Below are positions 49,901 through 63,386 of a DNA stretch of 64,000 nt, in pieces. The notes beneath the pieces were generated by a model. That model ran no database searches. It was given only the letters and a program-made list of their open reading frames with translations, and was not told where the DNA came from. The stretch spans positions 336,333 through 400,332 of the forward strand of contig NMRA01000425.1 of the NCBI GenBank assembly GCA_002633005.1. Reading direction: 5' to 3'. The translations under genes were made by a program, and so were the position numbers. How positions within the stretch are numbered: the stretch's first letter is position 1; each line of letters starts with the position of its first letter. Source of the DNA: Phoronis australis. Lineage: Eukaryota > Animalia > Phoronida.

Positions 49901-52900
49901 CCATCAAAGCTGATCGTGCGTCAGCTATACGGAGTCATCACTCGACCATCCTCTAGACATTCCAGCAACACCTGGTGGACAAAATATTCCTGAACTGTAG
50001 ATTGAAACTTAGCTGACTTCAGGTCTTTTCCCTGTTAAATAATAACACTAAGAACTACAGATTGGTATTTCCGCGAATCAAATCATGGTCTATCAATAAA
50101 AAGAATGGTGAATTTACACCGTTTGAAGCTGTATCTGAAAAAAGTAAGTATAAGGAATTCTTGATGAACACTGTACGATAAATTCAATACGATGTTCTAG
50201 CAGGAAAAAATGTTGATGCCACACTAATGAATGAAATCACAGGTACGAAGAGAAAATTGCCAACAATTTGGTGATTTAACAGCCTTAGTGTGCATTTCTC
50301 GCACAGGAAATTGCCCAGAAGGGGTCGCACGGTATACACTGCATCAGTCTCACCTGTCGGCGATGCCTCCACTGAACGTAGCACTTCCACTGTTCAAACA
50401 TGGTTGTTAGAAGGTGGTGCCTGTGGTGTAATCATCAACATAGAGATGATGTGCAACTGTTGAGTATGCACCATACTGCCTATATGCATCACTCAGTAAA
50501 TATGCAAGATAATGGCTTTGTGAATCATTCAGTGAATAAGCACGATAATGACTGAATCATTCATTGAATAAGCACGATAATGACTTTGTGAGTCATTCAG
50601 TGAATAAGCACGATAATGACTGAATCATTCAGTGAATAAGCACGATAATGACTTTGTGAATCATTCAGTGAATAAGCATGATAATGACTTTGTGAATCAT
50701 TCGGTGAATAAGCATGATAATGGCTATGTAAAACATTCAGTGAATAAGCAAGATGTTGACTTTGTGAATCATTCAGTGAATAAGCACGATAATGACTTTG
50801 TAAATCATTCAGTGAATAAGCACGATAATGGCTTTGTGAATCATTCAGTGAATAAGCACGATAATGGCTTTTTGAATCATTCAGTGAATAAGCACAATAA
50901 TGGCTATGTGAATCATTCAGTAAATATGCACAATACAGCCTATATGAATCATTCAGTAAATATTCAACATGGTCATGCGATCCAATTAATAGAAGATTTG
51001 CATAAAGTCAAATTCTACAGGCTTTCTATTTTCAGAAAATATACTTTTATCGAGTTAAAATCTTCATTAGGTTTGTACCAGATATTTGACGAAAAGACAA
51101 GGTTCAACATAACCTTTCACATAATCACATGCGACAATGTTGTAAAATTGAGATTAGTGCCAAGAACGCATGACCTCAGCCTCTGCAGTCCAATATTTTT
51201 TTAGGGCTAGAGCCAGTCAGTGTGGTGAGTAGCTGTCAGTGAGTACTTCAAGCCAATGTTGAGATTTTTAACAAAATGACAAAAAACAGGGGATTCTGCC
51301 GTTTTATAGCTAAGGTCAGAGTTAATAACTTCCACAAGTCTATCCTACCAGGCTATAAGATGTAGCTCTCCGAAAAACACAATTCAGAGAAAATAAAAAA
51401 TTCTGAAAAAAAATTCTCCCAATCTTGCACAAACAGACTCCTTATGCTTGCAAATAGCAATGCCAACTGTCCAGATTTCTGAAAAACTTTGATCTCAATT
51501 GGGCAGTGTTCCTGGACGAACAACAGTTTTCCACAGCTGTGATTATTGCTTTTGACACCAAGTACTATGCCTGGACAAATGAACTTACAACATCGAACTA
51601 GACAAGCTTGCTATTATATTGTGAAATTTCACACAAAATACGCACTATAATGGGATAAACTGAATAGTACACAGCTGGACAATAGTCGGAAATAAAGTGC
51701 CCACATTTGGAGAACCAGTGTGATGCCCATTATTCAGCGGAGAAAACTGATTCTCAATACGCGGGCATGTTTTGTATCCGACTACTACCCAGATGGACAT
51801 CACTAAACAGCTGAGAGCTGGTATTTTGAGACATTAAACTAAATTCTCCCAACAGCAGATTACAGATTTTATTTGACCTTTACGTACCAATGTCTGGTTC
51901 TATAGCATGCAATCAACGTCCATACCTACCTGTAACATGACCTTGCTTTCCTGGTAAGAGGGTACAATTTCAGTTCCTCTCGGTTATCACAGCCAGCAAT
52001 CCATGTGACCCAGACACTTCGAAGTAGCTGAAGGGGTGAGACTTGCATGTGAAGATCTTATAAAATGTACTGCACAAGAATGATATTGACCATGAACTTT
52101 TGAAACTTATGTGAACTGTGATTGACTGTTTGAGTGCACTGAATGATTAAATAACTCAAAGACCCTAAAATAGTCAACAAATAATCCAAATAAGCGCACA
52201 TCCTTTAAATACCTCAACAGCACCTAACACCGGTGCCATTGCCTATTGCAGGTGTAAAACTCGGTTTTAAAGGTGAAAGCAACCGTTTTTGAGGTTACTC
52301 TCAGAAAATAGTTTACATTGGGGAGATATATTTTCCATGTTCATTACTGTTTGCTTGGTAAGTATGCACTTATAAATAAATACAAAGTGACGTAACCAGC
52401 CAGGCAAAGACCTCTGCATTCACTTGCACTGATCAAACCCGGATGAGCTGCAGACACTTTTCAATAGGGAGTAGGACATGTTTCCTCAATGGAACCGATG
52501 ATAGAACCAATATGGCGGGCCTTTAATGGACTCTTAATGTCACTTTATAATGTTCAATGAGAGCAGTTGAAAAATTTGATCCAAGATGATTAGGGATCTG
52601 TCTTTTTACTGCACGTAACATCAAAATGTCATTTAGTTTTGCCTTTAACATAGTCTAAGAAATTATTGCGTGTTTTTACCACTCTCACAATACATTTCCT
52701 ACAACATAATCAAGTTTTCAGCACAATTAAGATGTTTAAAGATGCATGGAATGCACAAACATCCTCAACAGATGGCAGCACAGATTTGGACAGTCTTTCC
52801 TGTAATTAGGGTCTAATGGAAAAATTCATGTGCACACTTTTAGGGCATGTGTGCTTAAACCATGCAATGCACTAAAAAATCTTGACAAGGAAAGGACCCT

Positions 52901-55900
52901 GTGAAAACTTATTCCACGGTTCAATGCACCACACTGCTGGAAGTCAGTTCCCTGGCCAACAACCGCCAACTACCACTGACCTGTATCCTGCGGAACTCAT
53001 CCGCTTCTAGCCCTTGTTCAGCTTGGACTCTCTGTCTGGCAGCATGTTCTCGCAGCTTAGTGAATGCTTTACGCTAGATATAAAAAATAAACAGTTGACC
53101 ACAAAATGTAAAATGTCTAAACAGATATCAGACTGGACTGAATGAGACGACAACACAGACTATGTCAATAGCACAATGACTTCACCTTCAATGACGAGCT
53201 GAATTGAGGGTAGGCCTACCCAATGCATAACAAAAGTGACAAAATTGTCACATGCCCAAGCCGCCTCAACACGCGTGAAGAAAGCGAGTCAAGCGACGCA
53301 TAATTGCATAGAAATTATCATTCAGATGTTTATTTCCAACATACGTAGTGTAGTTAGCCAATTGTAGCAACTGTGACATTAACCTCTTTGCAAATTCAAT
53401 GGGTCACTTGTATAAACTATCTGATAATGGTACACACTGAAAATATCCACACAAAAAGACTCAGAATTCCCCGTCATAAAGGGCTGAGTGCAACCAATAT
53501 TTCCCCATCGTGACGACCAAGTGAAGGCCGAATTCATTAAACGGGTCATGACGGGTCGTTATCACTGTCATGGCAGTATACCGAGTGTATTCTGTACATT
53601 GGCGCGTTCTCCTAAGTACAGTTAATGACGGAAGGTTAGTCTCATTTTGATGGAGAGGTGTTTACAAGCATGGGATATTCGTGGGCTAAGGAACTCGCAT
53701 GACAAATGAATGCATAGATTTCACTTACTATGGACAGGATGCCTGTGGCACAAGTGCTGTTTAATGGATTTTTAGCTCCCATTCTAGTTTGAGAACAGTA
53801 CAGAGATTAGTGACCTTGACCCTGTCACTTACCCGCAGTGCTTTTACATAGTGCAGACTAGCCATCAACAGTTTTTGTCTTGTCTCTCGCTGTTGGCGTA
53901 CATCTTGCAAAGAAGTTAAGGTAAATGACACATTGTAAATGGATCATACATTCAGGGCTTGGAATGACCAATGACAAAAAACGCGGAAACTTTTAAGGCC
54001 CAAATCATGCCCGATAACCAGCCTTGAAATGGTCAATGTGAACCTTTCCCCGACAAAAATCGGGAATACTAAAAAAAAAAACAAAAAAAAACAAAAAACC
54101 AAAACAAACGTTACCACTATCAGTAGCATGCGTCTGCATCCTTTTAGCTCGCCCGTCCACTCCCAACCCACACATTTTTGGCTGCAGAGCTGTAGTATTT
54201 GTCGCCGCGCTTAACAATAACACGAGACGCCATTGCAAATCCAACCACGCTGTCCCGGCAATGTTGACAATTTACGTTCCTCCGAAACATAAAGAGCAAC
54301 TTCCGCTTTTCGAGGTGAACGTCGTCTGCAACGCCGCGGTAAGAAAGGAAATTGCCGCGGAAATTTTATATCAAATCCGATTTTTTTAAGCGGAAATATT
54401 ATAAAAAAGCGGAAAGCACATTTGAAAAAAGCGGAAATCCGCGTTTCCGCGGAAAATTCCAAGCCCTGATATACATGTATGCTCAAACTTAAGTGGTCCA
54501 TATACATGTATGCTCAAACTTAAGTGGTCCATATACATGTACGCTCAAACTTGACAATGCGACACGAATATACTGACAGAACTGTTTTTAAACTTAAGAC
54601 ACATTTTGAAAATCATAAATTTTAAACATTTAATATGTTAACTTTGTGCAAACCTAATAAAAACTTGTGCACAAACTGAACTATTTGCCATATGAGAACA
54701 CACCACCTGAAGAAAAAAATATTTACGTCAACTAAGCGGGGTTGGGTCAGACCCAAAGACCCAACCCTGATGGCTAAACAATGTGGGGTCATATACCACC
54801 TGAAGTGTGACCAGGATCCCAACCACACCTACATTGGAGAAACCAAGAGACTGTTCCTTACCAGATTCAAAGAACATCTGAAACTAGACAGACCAACAGC
54901 TGTGGGGGAACATATATTGGCGACTGGTCACACCATCTCTCTTGCATCATCCAGGATCCTAGCCAAAGAACAAAATTGGCATACTCTTAAGCTCAATGAG
55001 GCCATAAACATCAACAGTCAGCGCCCCCTCCTGAACCGGGACAGAGGACTCCATTTACCCCCGTGTACTTCAGCATTCTTAATGAGCGAAAGGTGGGAAA
55101 TCCCTCAAAGACCTGGCGGACCAGATCGAAACGTCTGCTAACAACCAACCACGTCTCTAAGTAAGTGACTTTTTACATCTACATTATATTAGTGTTGTAT
55201 CATTATATTAGTGTTGTATCATTATACCGCAAATAAACAAGAGGATACAGTGTTTCCAGTGAGTGAGTAGCCTTCTCTTCTTCACCTGATTGGCCAGCTG
55301 AATCATGTGTCCCTCGTGCGCGGCAACAGCCTGCTTTAATCGGCATTTCTCCCTCCAAGCTCGAAGGTATTTTAACTTGACTGTGTCCTCGAAAACTCTT
55401 GTTGCATGAGCTGCATAAAGATTGGACAAAATTTACAAACAAAATGTTATTAAAGTACAAAGACTTGGCCACTTACTTTATATTCTGAGCTTAATGTAAT
55501 ATTGGGAAAACTTCGGCTCAGCCTCATAACAAACATTTTGGAAAAATATTGACAAAAAGCAATTCTAAAATATGCCACACACAAACTCGTTTGATGACCG
55601 GGATGTTTATACAATATTGCTCAAACTCCAAGAGCCTGTAAGTATGAGTACATCACAGACACAGTATAATAATTAACAGAAACTACTTCGGGAATTAGCA
55701 ATAATATGTTATTCTTTGCATTTGTGCTCAAGTGAAATTAAATTATTTTTCAGAAACAGCTGAGTGGAGTGTAAGACCAAATTTTTGTCTTAAGTCACTT
55801 TTCACAAAACACAGTCCAGCTATGGATGTTCATGAAACAGAGTCCAGCTATGGATGTTCATGAAACACAGTCCAGCTATGGATGTTCATGCAACACAGTC

Positions 55901-58900
55901 CATCTATGGAATCCGATGTTCATGAAACACAGTCCAGCTATGGATGTTTATGAAACACAGCCCAGCTATGGATGTTCATGAAACACAGTCCAGCTATGGA
56001 TGTTCATGAAACACAGCCCAGCTATGGAGGTTCATGAAACACAGTCCAGCTACGGATGTTCAAAGTCAATTTTTTTTAAAGTTGAGGTTGGCTTTACCCG
56101 AATGATCAACTTGGGGGCGTAGCGATCGCGGGTTACCAGTTGAGGTTGGCAGGGTTATGCATCTCCATGATCCATCAATCCTGTTTTTGTATAAATGACT
56201 TGCGCAGATGGGAAGACATCTGTTGGTTGTAGCCTGGTCAAACTACTTCCAACTACAGTTCCCACTCACCTTTGATCCTCAGTTTGTCTCTCCTTGTCTC
56301 AACATAATTGGTCCAGGTGAGGTAACACCTGTTAAGGATCACCTGCTGGTAGTGTTGGCGGGCACACACACTCTTCCAGAGGCCAACCTTCCAATGGTGC
56401 CACACCTGTTTGTAATTACTATATAACGGTAATTTTAATGTATATGGACAAGACATGCAGAAGTGAAAATTTGAGAATTAGAACTTAATAAAACTAAGTT
56501 GTGGCATTTTTTTTCTCACCAAGAAACCTTATCCCCTAACCATCTTACCACAGGAGCCAAAAATATAAAATAATCTAACTTGTGTTGTGCAACTATTCAC
56601 ATGTTCCCCAGACACTAACACCAATCTTCACATACCTAGGTGAATGACTATATCCATGCTGACATGAGACATTTTGGAAATTTGAGCCAAACAAAAAATA
56701 ATGTTATGCAGCATTAAGTTCTTAGTACAAGATTAACACTGGAGTCCAATCACCAACAGCAAAAATGGGAGTGCCTGAGAGAAAAGATATTTTGGCACAG
56801 AATCTAGTCAAAGAAATTCACACTACCTGTCTACTAGTAACTTTCTATTTAAGTTTCCAAGACACTGCTAGTACATAAATACAGGGCGATACACACTCTG
56901 TTAGTACATAAACACAGGGTGAGACACACTGTTAGTAAATAAATACAGGGTGAGACACACTGTTAGTACATAAATGCAGGATGAGACAATAGGCACCTTA
57001 GCAATAATCTTCTTTTGGTATTGAATTGAAACAGAGGCTTCTTTTCGTTTCCTGTGTAGGGATGAATGCCAACAATCTTTCCACCGTGACCACGCCCTCC
57101 TAGAACGAATCACTACTACTCATAAATAGGGTGAAACAGCAACTTCAGGTGTCGCCAATAAAACATGTAGTTTTCAGACACAATCCAGATAGAACAGTGT
57201 CACACTTTGCCAAATTCTACCGAACTTCTTGCCAAAATCATAAAACCATCAAAGTTATGTCATGATGAAATAAGCAATTTTGGTGAAATTAAGTCAAAGA
57301 TGAACGAGACATTTAATACTGCTTACACTTCATTAGCAAATGCACTCGTAAAGTATGACACGAAGTCAAGAATGACAAATGGACTCGCAAAGTATGACAC
57401 GAAGTCAAGAATGACAAATGAACTTCCAAAGTATGACACGAAGTCAAGAATGACAAATGGACTTGCAAAGTATGACACGAAGTCAAGAATGACAAATGGA
57501 CTTGCAAAGTATGACACGAAGTCAAGATGACAAATGGACTTCCAAAGTATGACACGAAGTCAAGAATGACAAATGGACTTCCAAAGTATGAAACGAAGTC
57601 AAGAATGAGAATGGGACAACACCTGTAGGGATTTTGTCAAGAGATAATCAAAATTGTATAGGGTTCTAGTTAAACAAATTGGATACTTTGACCAGTAGAA
57701 CTGTGTTGAACGATGATGTAGTCCAAATTTTATTGACTAAATCACACATCATAGCACAGTACTTAAACCATTACCATATAAACTTTAAAATGGAAAACAA
57801 TGCGATTAAACTTTATTTTTTTCTAAGAAATGACATAAAAGCATGAAGCCGACTCAAAATCTCAAAGGTCCATCATAACCATTGTCAACTTTGTGGTCAC
57901 TTCCCAGTTCTAGAGGTTAGCCAGTGAAGGACGCTGCAACTTTGTTTACTATTTTATTGCTACCTGAACATAGAAATCATAACATGCTGCTGTACAGTCT
58001 AGCCTACCTGGTTGTGTTTGTGGTTGCCAAACACATAGCTCTTCTGTTAGCCTCTCTTTTCCGTTGTCTCATTTCTGTATACTGCGTCCATGCAGACCAG
58101 ATTTCATACAGCCTCTTTCTGGCAGCTGCAACATGGTATCATAAGTATATTGTACTAATTCATAGACAGAAAACCGCCGTAAAAAGCTAACTCGTGAATT
58201 CTCAGCTGTAACTGCACATGCCAAAAATAATCAGTCACACAAATTTTTATTTCCTTCATTATTCTTAACACTCAGGTGGTGAATTTCAAATGTACTGAGC
58301 TGTCGGGAATTGGAATTTTGCTTTCCAATCAGTTGTCATGACAGGGTCGAGGGAATTCTGGATCATTTTGTCAGTTTATTTCTAATGTATACCTCTGTTA
58401 ACTTTCAACTTTGACCTTAAAGCTAGCCTTATTTGGCACTAACATGGGACTTTAGTTGGATAAACTGCTGTCAAAATTTTATATTCAGCAGTAAGTGAGA
58501 GACTATTCTTACATAATTTACATAACATACAAGCTAAACAGACAGGCACCAGAGCAGGACTGTGCTTCGTATACCAAACACACTAAAGCTAGTGTGATCA
58601 TGTGCCATACTTCTAATGCATTGTGATCTAATGCATTGTGATGTCTCTATATTTAACATCGTTATCTTACATTGCATGTTTCTTGAATCTAACGAACACA
58701 ACTCACTGCCTACGACTACCAATTTTAAAATTTCTTGACCCAAAAAAATGAGCCATCAAATCAAACGGAATAGCAAAAAAATTACTCAAACGTGACATGA
58801 AATTTTACAACTTTAAAGTCATAAAGTCTCAAATCACCTTTTTGCTCACAGCAAGCTTTCACTGAAGGCAAACATTTTAGTTATTAAAATCAGTCCGAAA

Positions 58901-61900
58901 TGATTATGAGGTAAAACAGGGTTTGCCACTGCACATTCCAGGCTAATGAGTACTAATAACATCGGTCAGAAGAGATAAAAATGAAATGCAACAACTTTAT
59001 GCTAAATGAGCTAGTTTGCAACAATTACAGAGCTGATAGGCAATACTTCAGGTATGTCAAACTGAGACACATCTCAGTTCAAAGTTGCAGACTTCTTTGT
59101 CTTAGCTATCGCGCCATCTCACTTATACTTAAGACAGACTGAATGAATGACATAATTATGTTAAACAGTACCAAAAACCTAAACAGTCATCCTATGACTG
59201 ATGTTGAAACACACATTAGATTCTTGTCACAGGCTCAGGAACAAGCACCTAGATGGCACCATCAAATGCCTACAACACACACTACATGCCAACAAATGAA
59301 AAGCATTGTCTTGAAAACTTCTTCCACGAAGAACCTGTTGACCGGTAACAGGGCTGTTGTGAGTTTTGCTCACGTGCTCCATGCAATGGGTATGAATATG
59401 TCATCTACCAATGTTTGAAGTATTACAAACGATATCAGACCACTTGGGATCACCTTTTCTACATCTAAGATGACCAAGATAATGTTGTACATGGTCAACA
59501 GAAAAAATGGTAAGACGTACCATACCGCCCTGCTAATCGCTTTTTCGCAGCCTTGACTTTGGAATCAACTGTAAACACTCTCCACTGACGCCAAACTAGG
59601 TTCCATAGGCGGTACCTATGACAAACAAAAACACAGACTTACACAAACACACAGACCTACACAAACTCTAAATGGATAAGAACCCCACAGCCAACTTGAG
59701 TTCACTTGATGTCAACCAGTGATTATTAGTGAGTACGTTATCTTTTTGTGTCAATTACAAAAACTGAGCCTTAATAAAAGGAATTGAAACCCAAACTATC
59801 AAGAAACAAATAGTTACAACTAATAAATCTATTTTTAAAGCCTGACTACGCTTTCTAAAACGTAAAATTTTCTGATAACCCGTATTGATATTGAGTAATT
59901 TGAACACAAATTCCATTTATGTAATAACAACATTGTGTGCTAAGTAAGAGATGGACAGCCGTAAATAAAAAATCTGGTTTGTTCACAGCGCTATGAACCA
60001 AAACTCCTTTATGTCCAGTATGAAACATGAAATATAAAAGAAATGGAAACAAAAAGACATGATCACATGATTTAATCAAATATAAAATACTACCGGTTCT
60101 GTACCTTTAAATAATACATAGCACTTCTATTGACAGAGTTCTATTCAACATTGTAGATAGATGTCCAAGTGGAATGACTCATTGATGAGGTTAATAGCTT
60201 TCAGTCGATTGAATCTAAACAAAGGACCATTCAGTCTAAAAATACAAACCTATTGTGACACTCCGCCCGGACATTCAGTCGCCATTCTTTACGCATTGTC
60301 CACCAGAGGTCGTGCCATTCAGAGAAATACTTTGACTTGAGGTGTATATTGTGGTGGAGTCTGAAAGCAAGACAGGAAATTTATTGCCAAGTGCAAATTC
60401 AGAGTAATTCTGTAAACTCAGACCACATACAGATGACGTTAAGAAACATGTCTAAAACAGTAGGTCAGGTTTGCCTTTTTAAGCTCTTGCCACAAAGACT
60501 ACATTTGAGTCAGCCAACAACCGCAAAATTTTACTCGAGACATGACAAAATGATGACCAATCACATTGATTTCAAACTGAAAGTTCTCTCAATGCAAGCC
60601 AGGTGATTGGTCAATTTTCAGGTAGAGTATGATGGTCTCGGGAATGGGCGACTTTTACCTAAAAGTGCACATGTCACAATCCACTTCAACTAAGTCATGG
60701 GTTTTAACCTGACCTTTAAAATGTTTGAGAAAACGCAGCTAATCGGTTTTTACAGTAAAGAAATGACACTTGGTCCATCGACTTCATTTACTTTCATCGA
60801 GAAAATGGCAAATAATATGCAGGAAATAAAATTAATTAGACAGATTATTATTTTTCATTTAGAAATCGATGTTCATCTGATGACATCCACGTATTGTTCT
60901 GCATGGCTTACGCAGCTAGGGTCATAAAAGACTTGATCAATGGTGTTAGTCCAACCTCACTCAAAAATTTCATCAAAATCTGTGTAATAACATGTCCGAT
61001 TAGGCAGTGAAGTCTTGCGAGAACACAGTATGGTGGAGAAGTGAACTTGTAACTTCACATGAAGATTTGCCATCTTCAACTTCAGCACCACCGCTACCAC
61101 CAAACATCATCATTTTAAATAATTGCCGGCGTTCACAATAGCAACCGAAATAATATGCAGCCACATGAGGGCACACAAAAAGGGGAACTCTGGAATCTGT
61201 TTTTGCCAAAGTTGGTAAGACTTTGTGATATTCTTGAACGCGCATTCTCAGTGCAAATTCATCATATCCAAATTCGTCCAACTGTTACACCGTGTAGGTG
61301 ACAGCAAAGAAATTGTACTTACTGTGCTGTGGATGGCAAGACTCGGCCAAACACTTGACTCGACCACAACTGAAGGTATTTTCTAGCTAAGTACCTGAAA
61401 TAATCCAGAGTCAGTAATAGCTCAAACTTCTAGAATTTACAAATTTATAATTCTTTTCTCTTTCTTTGGCTGGTAGATGGATTTCCTCTACATCAAGTTT
61501 CAATTTGATCCCAGGCACACTTAATTTGATACTGAACAAGAGCAACGCAGAGCGTTGAATTGCGCCCACAACTGCACCGTATACGGTATCCTTCTAGGGT
61601 TGTTTATTGGTACCATAAAGTGGCCAGTAGAGGGCATATATGTAGTATGTTGTACTTTGCAAAATGGAAAGGCATGGTCATTGTCTCCTCAATAGGCTAG
61701 GGGCAAAATGTGAGTGATCTTCATAATACAAGCACATCCTATACATCAGTTGCTTAAAGCACCACAGAAACATAGAATTAAAAACAAATTTACCAACATA
61801 CGAGATTAGCACAGCATTAGAATGCCAGAAACAAATTTCTACTTGGAACTTTTCCTTCATAGTCACGAAGTAACACAAAGTATACACCTGAAGACCTATC

Positions 61901-63386
61901 AAAATACAGAGGTCAATGTAAAATACTAAAATTGCCACTAGAGGCATACCGGTAGTCAGGATCATCCTAAAGTCGTAATCGTCCGTTGTCAACATCACAT
62001 AAATACACTTGCTAAATTTAGTGTAGATCCTGCAAACGGTTCGGGAGATACAGCCATGGGCGCAAAAAAAAAACTGCCACTAGGAGGCTCCACAGTAATC
62101 AAAGTCATGGGAAATTCAGCGTCAACTGTTCTCTTCATAGTAAGAACATAAATGCCAATTTTCACAATCATACTTAGAGCGGTTTGGTTGATAGAGGGGT
62201 GGACACCAAAAAAACAGACTAAAAAACCGTAAAAATGGCCACTGGGAGTCGCAAACTAGGTCGAATCCATCCGAAAATGGGAGGATAGCGTCATCGCACT
62301 AATAGGTGCCTACACACCAAATTTCATGAAAATCCGTTAAGGACTTGTGAAGATAAAGAGGTAAACGTAAAAAATAAAATTGCCACTAGGGGGCACACTG
62401 GTAGGCAGATCCGTCCAAAAGTCGTCATCGTCTGTTGTTAACATCATATAAATATACTTACACAATTTCGTAAAGATCCTGCGAATGGTGTAGGAGATAC
62501 AGCCATAGGCGCAAAAAACACAAAACTGCCACTAGGAGGCGCCACAGTACTCCAAATCGTCTGAAAATCATTGTCAACCGTCCTCTATATAGTAAGCATA
62601 TACATGCCAATTTTCACAATCATCCTTTGAGCGGTTTAGTTGATAGAGGGGTGGACGCACAAAAAACGACTCGAAAACACTAAAAATGGCCACTAGGTGG
62701 CGCAAACTATGTCGAATCCATCTGAAAACGAAAGGAAAGCGTCATCTCACTAATAGGTGCCTACATACCAAATTTCATGAAAATCCGTTCAGGACTTTTG
62801 AAGATACAAAGGTAAGCGTAAAAAACTAAAATTGCCACTAGGGTGCACACCGGTTGTCGGATCCGTCCGAAAGTTCGCACATGCCGTCCCATTCATGAAT
62901 GGAACATAAGTGCCAAATTTCATGAACCTATGTCAAAGGGTTTTGGAGATAGAGCAGCGGACGCCGGACGCTGCCCGGACGGACGGACGGACGGAGATGA
63001 CGGCATAATGCGTCCACATATAAATATGTGGGCGCATAATTAAGGAACCTGCTGAAAAAAATCTGTGACTGCCAGACCATTTGCTCATGAAAGTTGGAAG
63101 AATTTTTAATTTTTGTATCAACATAGGTTGACAGTGTTTAAAGACACTGTCAACCTCAAAGGGTGTCTTTCCAAGTTTGAAACACATTGGTAATTTCTGT
63201 GACTGACAACATGCTTAATTGAAGAATTTTTGCTGTGGACGTAACTACCTGATTCTGATCTCCTTCAGCCGTCCACCCCTGTTCCATGTGTATCCAGGTC
63301 TATAGTTGCTCACTTGTCGTGTCGCCCGCCGCCGCTGTCTAGCCGATGGCTTGGGTATTCTTGACAACGGAACATAATCAGGGCGA
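34976..63386 (-). CDS. SFI1: SFI1 centrin-binding protein; 26 coding exons traced (~1030 aa), start codon not located
   Basis: Exons: 63386-63249, 61394-61323, 60360-60250, 59615-59521, 58125-58008, 57099-56997, 56405-56270, 55410-55249, 53903-53833, 53073-52981, 52027-51930, 50420-50354, 49752-49622, 48224-48143, 46776-46684, 46298-46213, 45378-45303, 44569-44294, 43858-43762, 42783-42623, 42105-41956, 41018-40842, 40129-39933, 38872-38762, 37508-37412, 35080-34976; all phases are compatible. The N-terminal [42 protein letters not shown] matches animal SFI1, followed by many A..H....L....F..W Sfi1 repeats and a C-terminal coiled coil. Confidence 0.9.
35179..36932 (+). mobile_element. HINE-like element, family A (last SFI1 intron)
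   Basis: AACAAGAGCAAC..TGTGCCCAC start, ~3.5 internal ~430-bp units, 3' hairpin ATGCACCCACATATAAATATGTGGGCGCAT. Confidence 0.7.
38575..38724. repeat. ~34-bp minisatellite abutting the N at 38725
   Basis: CACTACACACCACCAGTACTGACCCCAGTCTCTT, ~4 copies. Confidence 0.8.
44830..45290. repeat. 31-bp minisatellite
   Basis: TATTGGTTCTTCTCATGCCATATATAGACCC, ~15 copies. Confidence 0.9.
46883..47022 (+). mobile_element. tRNA-derived SINE fragment
   Basis: Homologous to 21416-21580; B box deleted. Confidence 0.55.
47045..47555. mobile_element. hAT-like MITE, copy 1
   Basis: 13-bp TIR CAGGGCTTGGAAT..ATTCCAAGCCCTG, subterminal CGCGGAAA motifs; highly similar to 53953-54468. Confidence 0.8.
48652..48928. 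repeat. 17-bp minisatellite
   Basis: CAGACCAGTTATGCATA, ~16 copies. Confidence 0.9.
50490..50965. repeat. 36-bp minisatellite
   Basis: GTGAATCATTCAGTGAATAAGCACGATAATGACTTT, ~13 copies. Confidence 0.9.
53953..54468. mobile_element. hAT-like MITE, copy 2
   Basis: Same TIRs and body as 47045-47555. Confidence 0.8.
54740..55175 (+). mobile_element. Penelope-like retroelement 3' fragment (GIY-YIG endonuclease)
   Basis: GVIYHLKC..TYIGETKR...RFKEH..AVGEH..GH..NEAINI..LLNRDRGL is the typical PLE endonuclease C-terminus; 5'-truncated. Confidence 0.85.
55803..56062. repeat. 28-bp minisatellite
   Basis: CATGAAACACAGTCCAGCTATGGATGTT, ~9 copies. Confidence 0.9.
57338..57608. repeat. 39-bp minisatellite
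   Basis: AAGTATGACACGAAGTCAAGAATGACAAATGGACTTGCA, ~7 copies. Confidence 0.9.
61535..63039 (+). mobile_element. HINE-like element, family A, most complete copy
   Basis: 5' AACAAGAGCAACGCAGAGCGTTGAATTGCGCCCAC, internal ~430-bp tandem units, (GGAC)n microsatellite, 3' hairpin ATGCGTCCACATATAAATATGTGGGCGCAT. Confidence 0.75.

Larger units (their letters stand above)
53904..55248 (-). other. U12-type (minor spliceosome) GT-AG intron of SFI1
   Basis: 5' splice site GTATCCTCT; branch sequence TTACCTTAAC ~11 nt upstream of an AAG acceptor, with no long pyrimidine tract. Confidence 0.75.

Noticed and set aside
50632-51204. 190-aa ORF with NKHDNDFVNHSV repeats
   Set aside because: Translation of a 36-bp minisatellite, antisense inside an SFI1 intron.
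57207-57530. ORF with AKYDTKSRMTNGL repeats
   Set aside because: Translation of a 39-bp intronic minisatellite; the frame breaks at a deleted unit.
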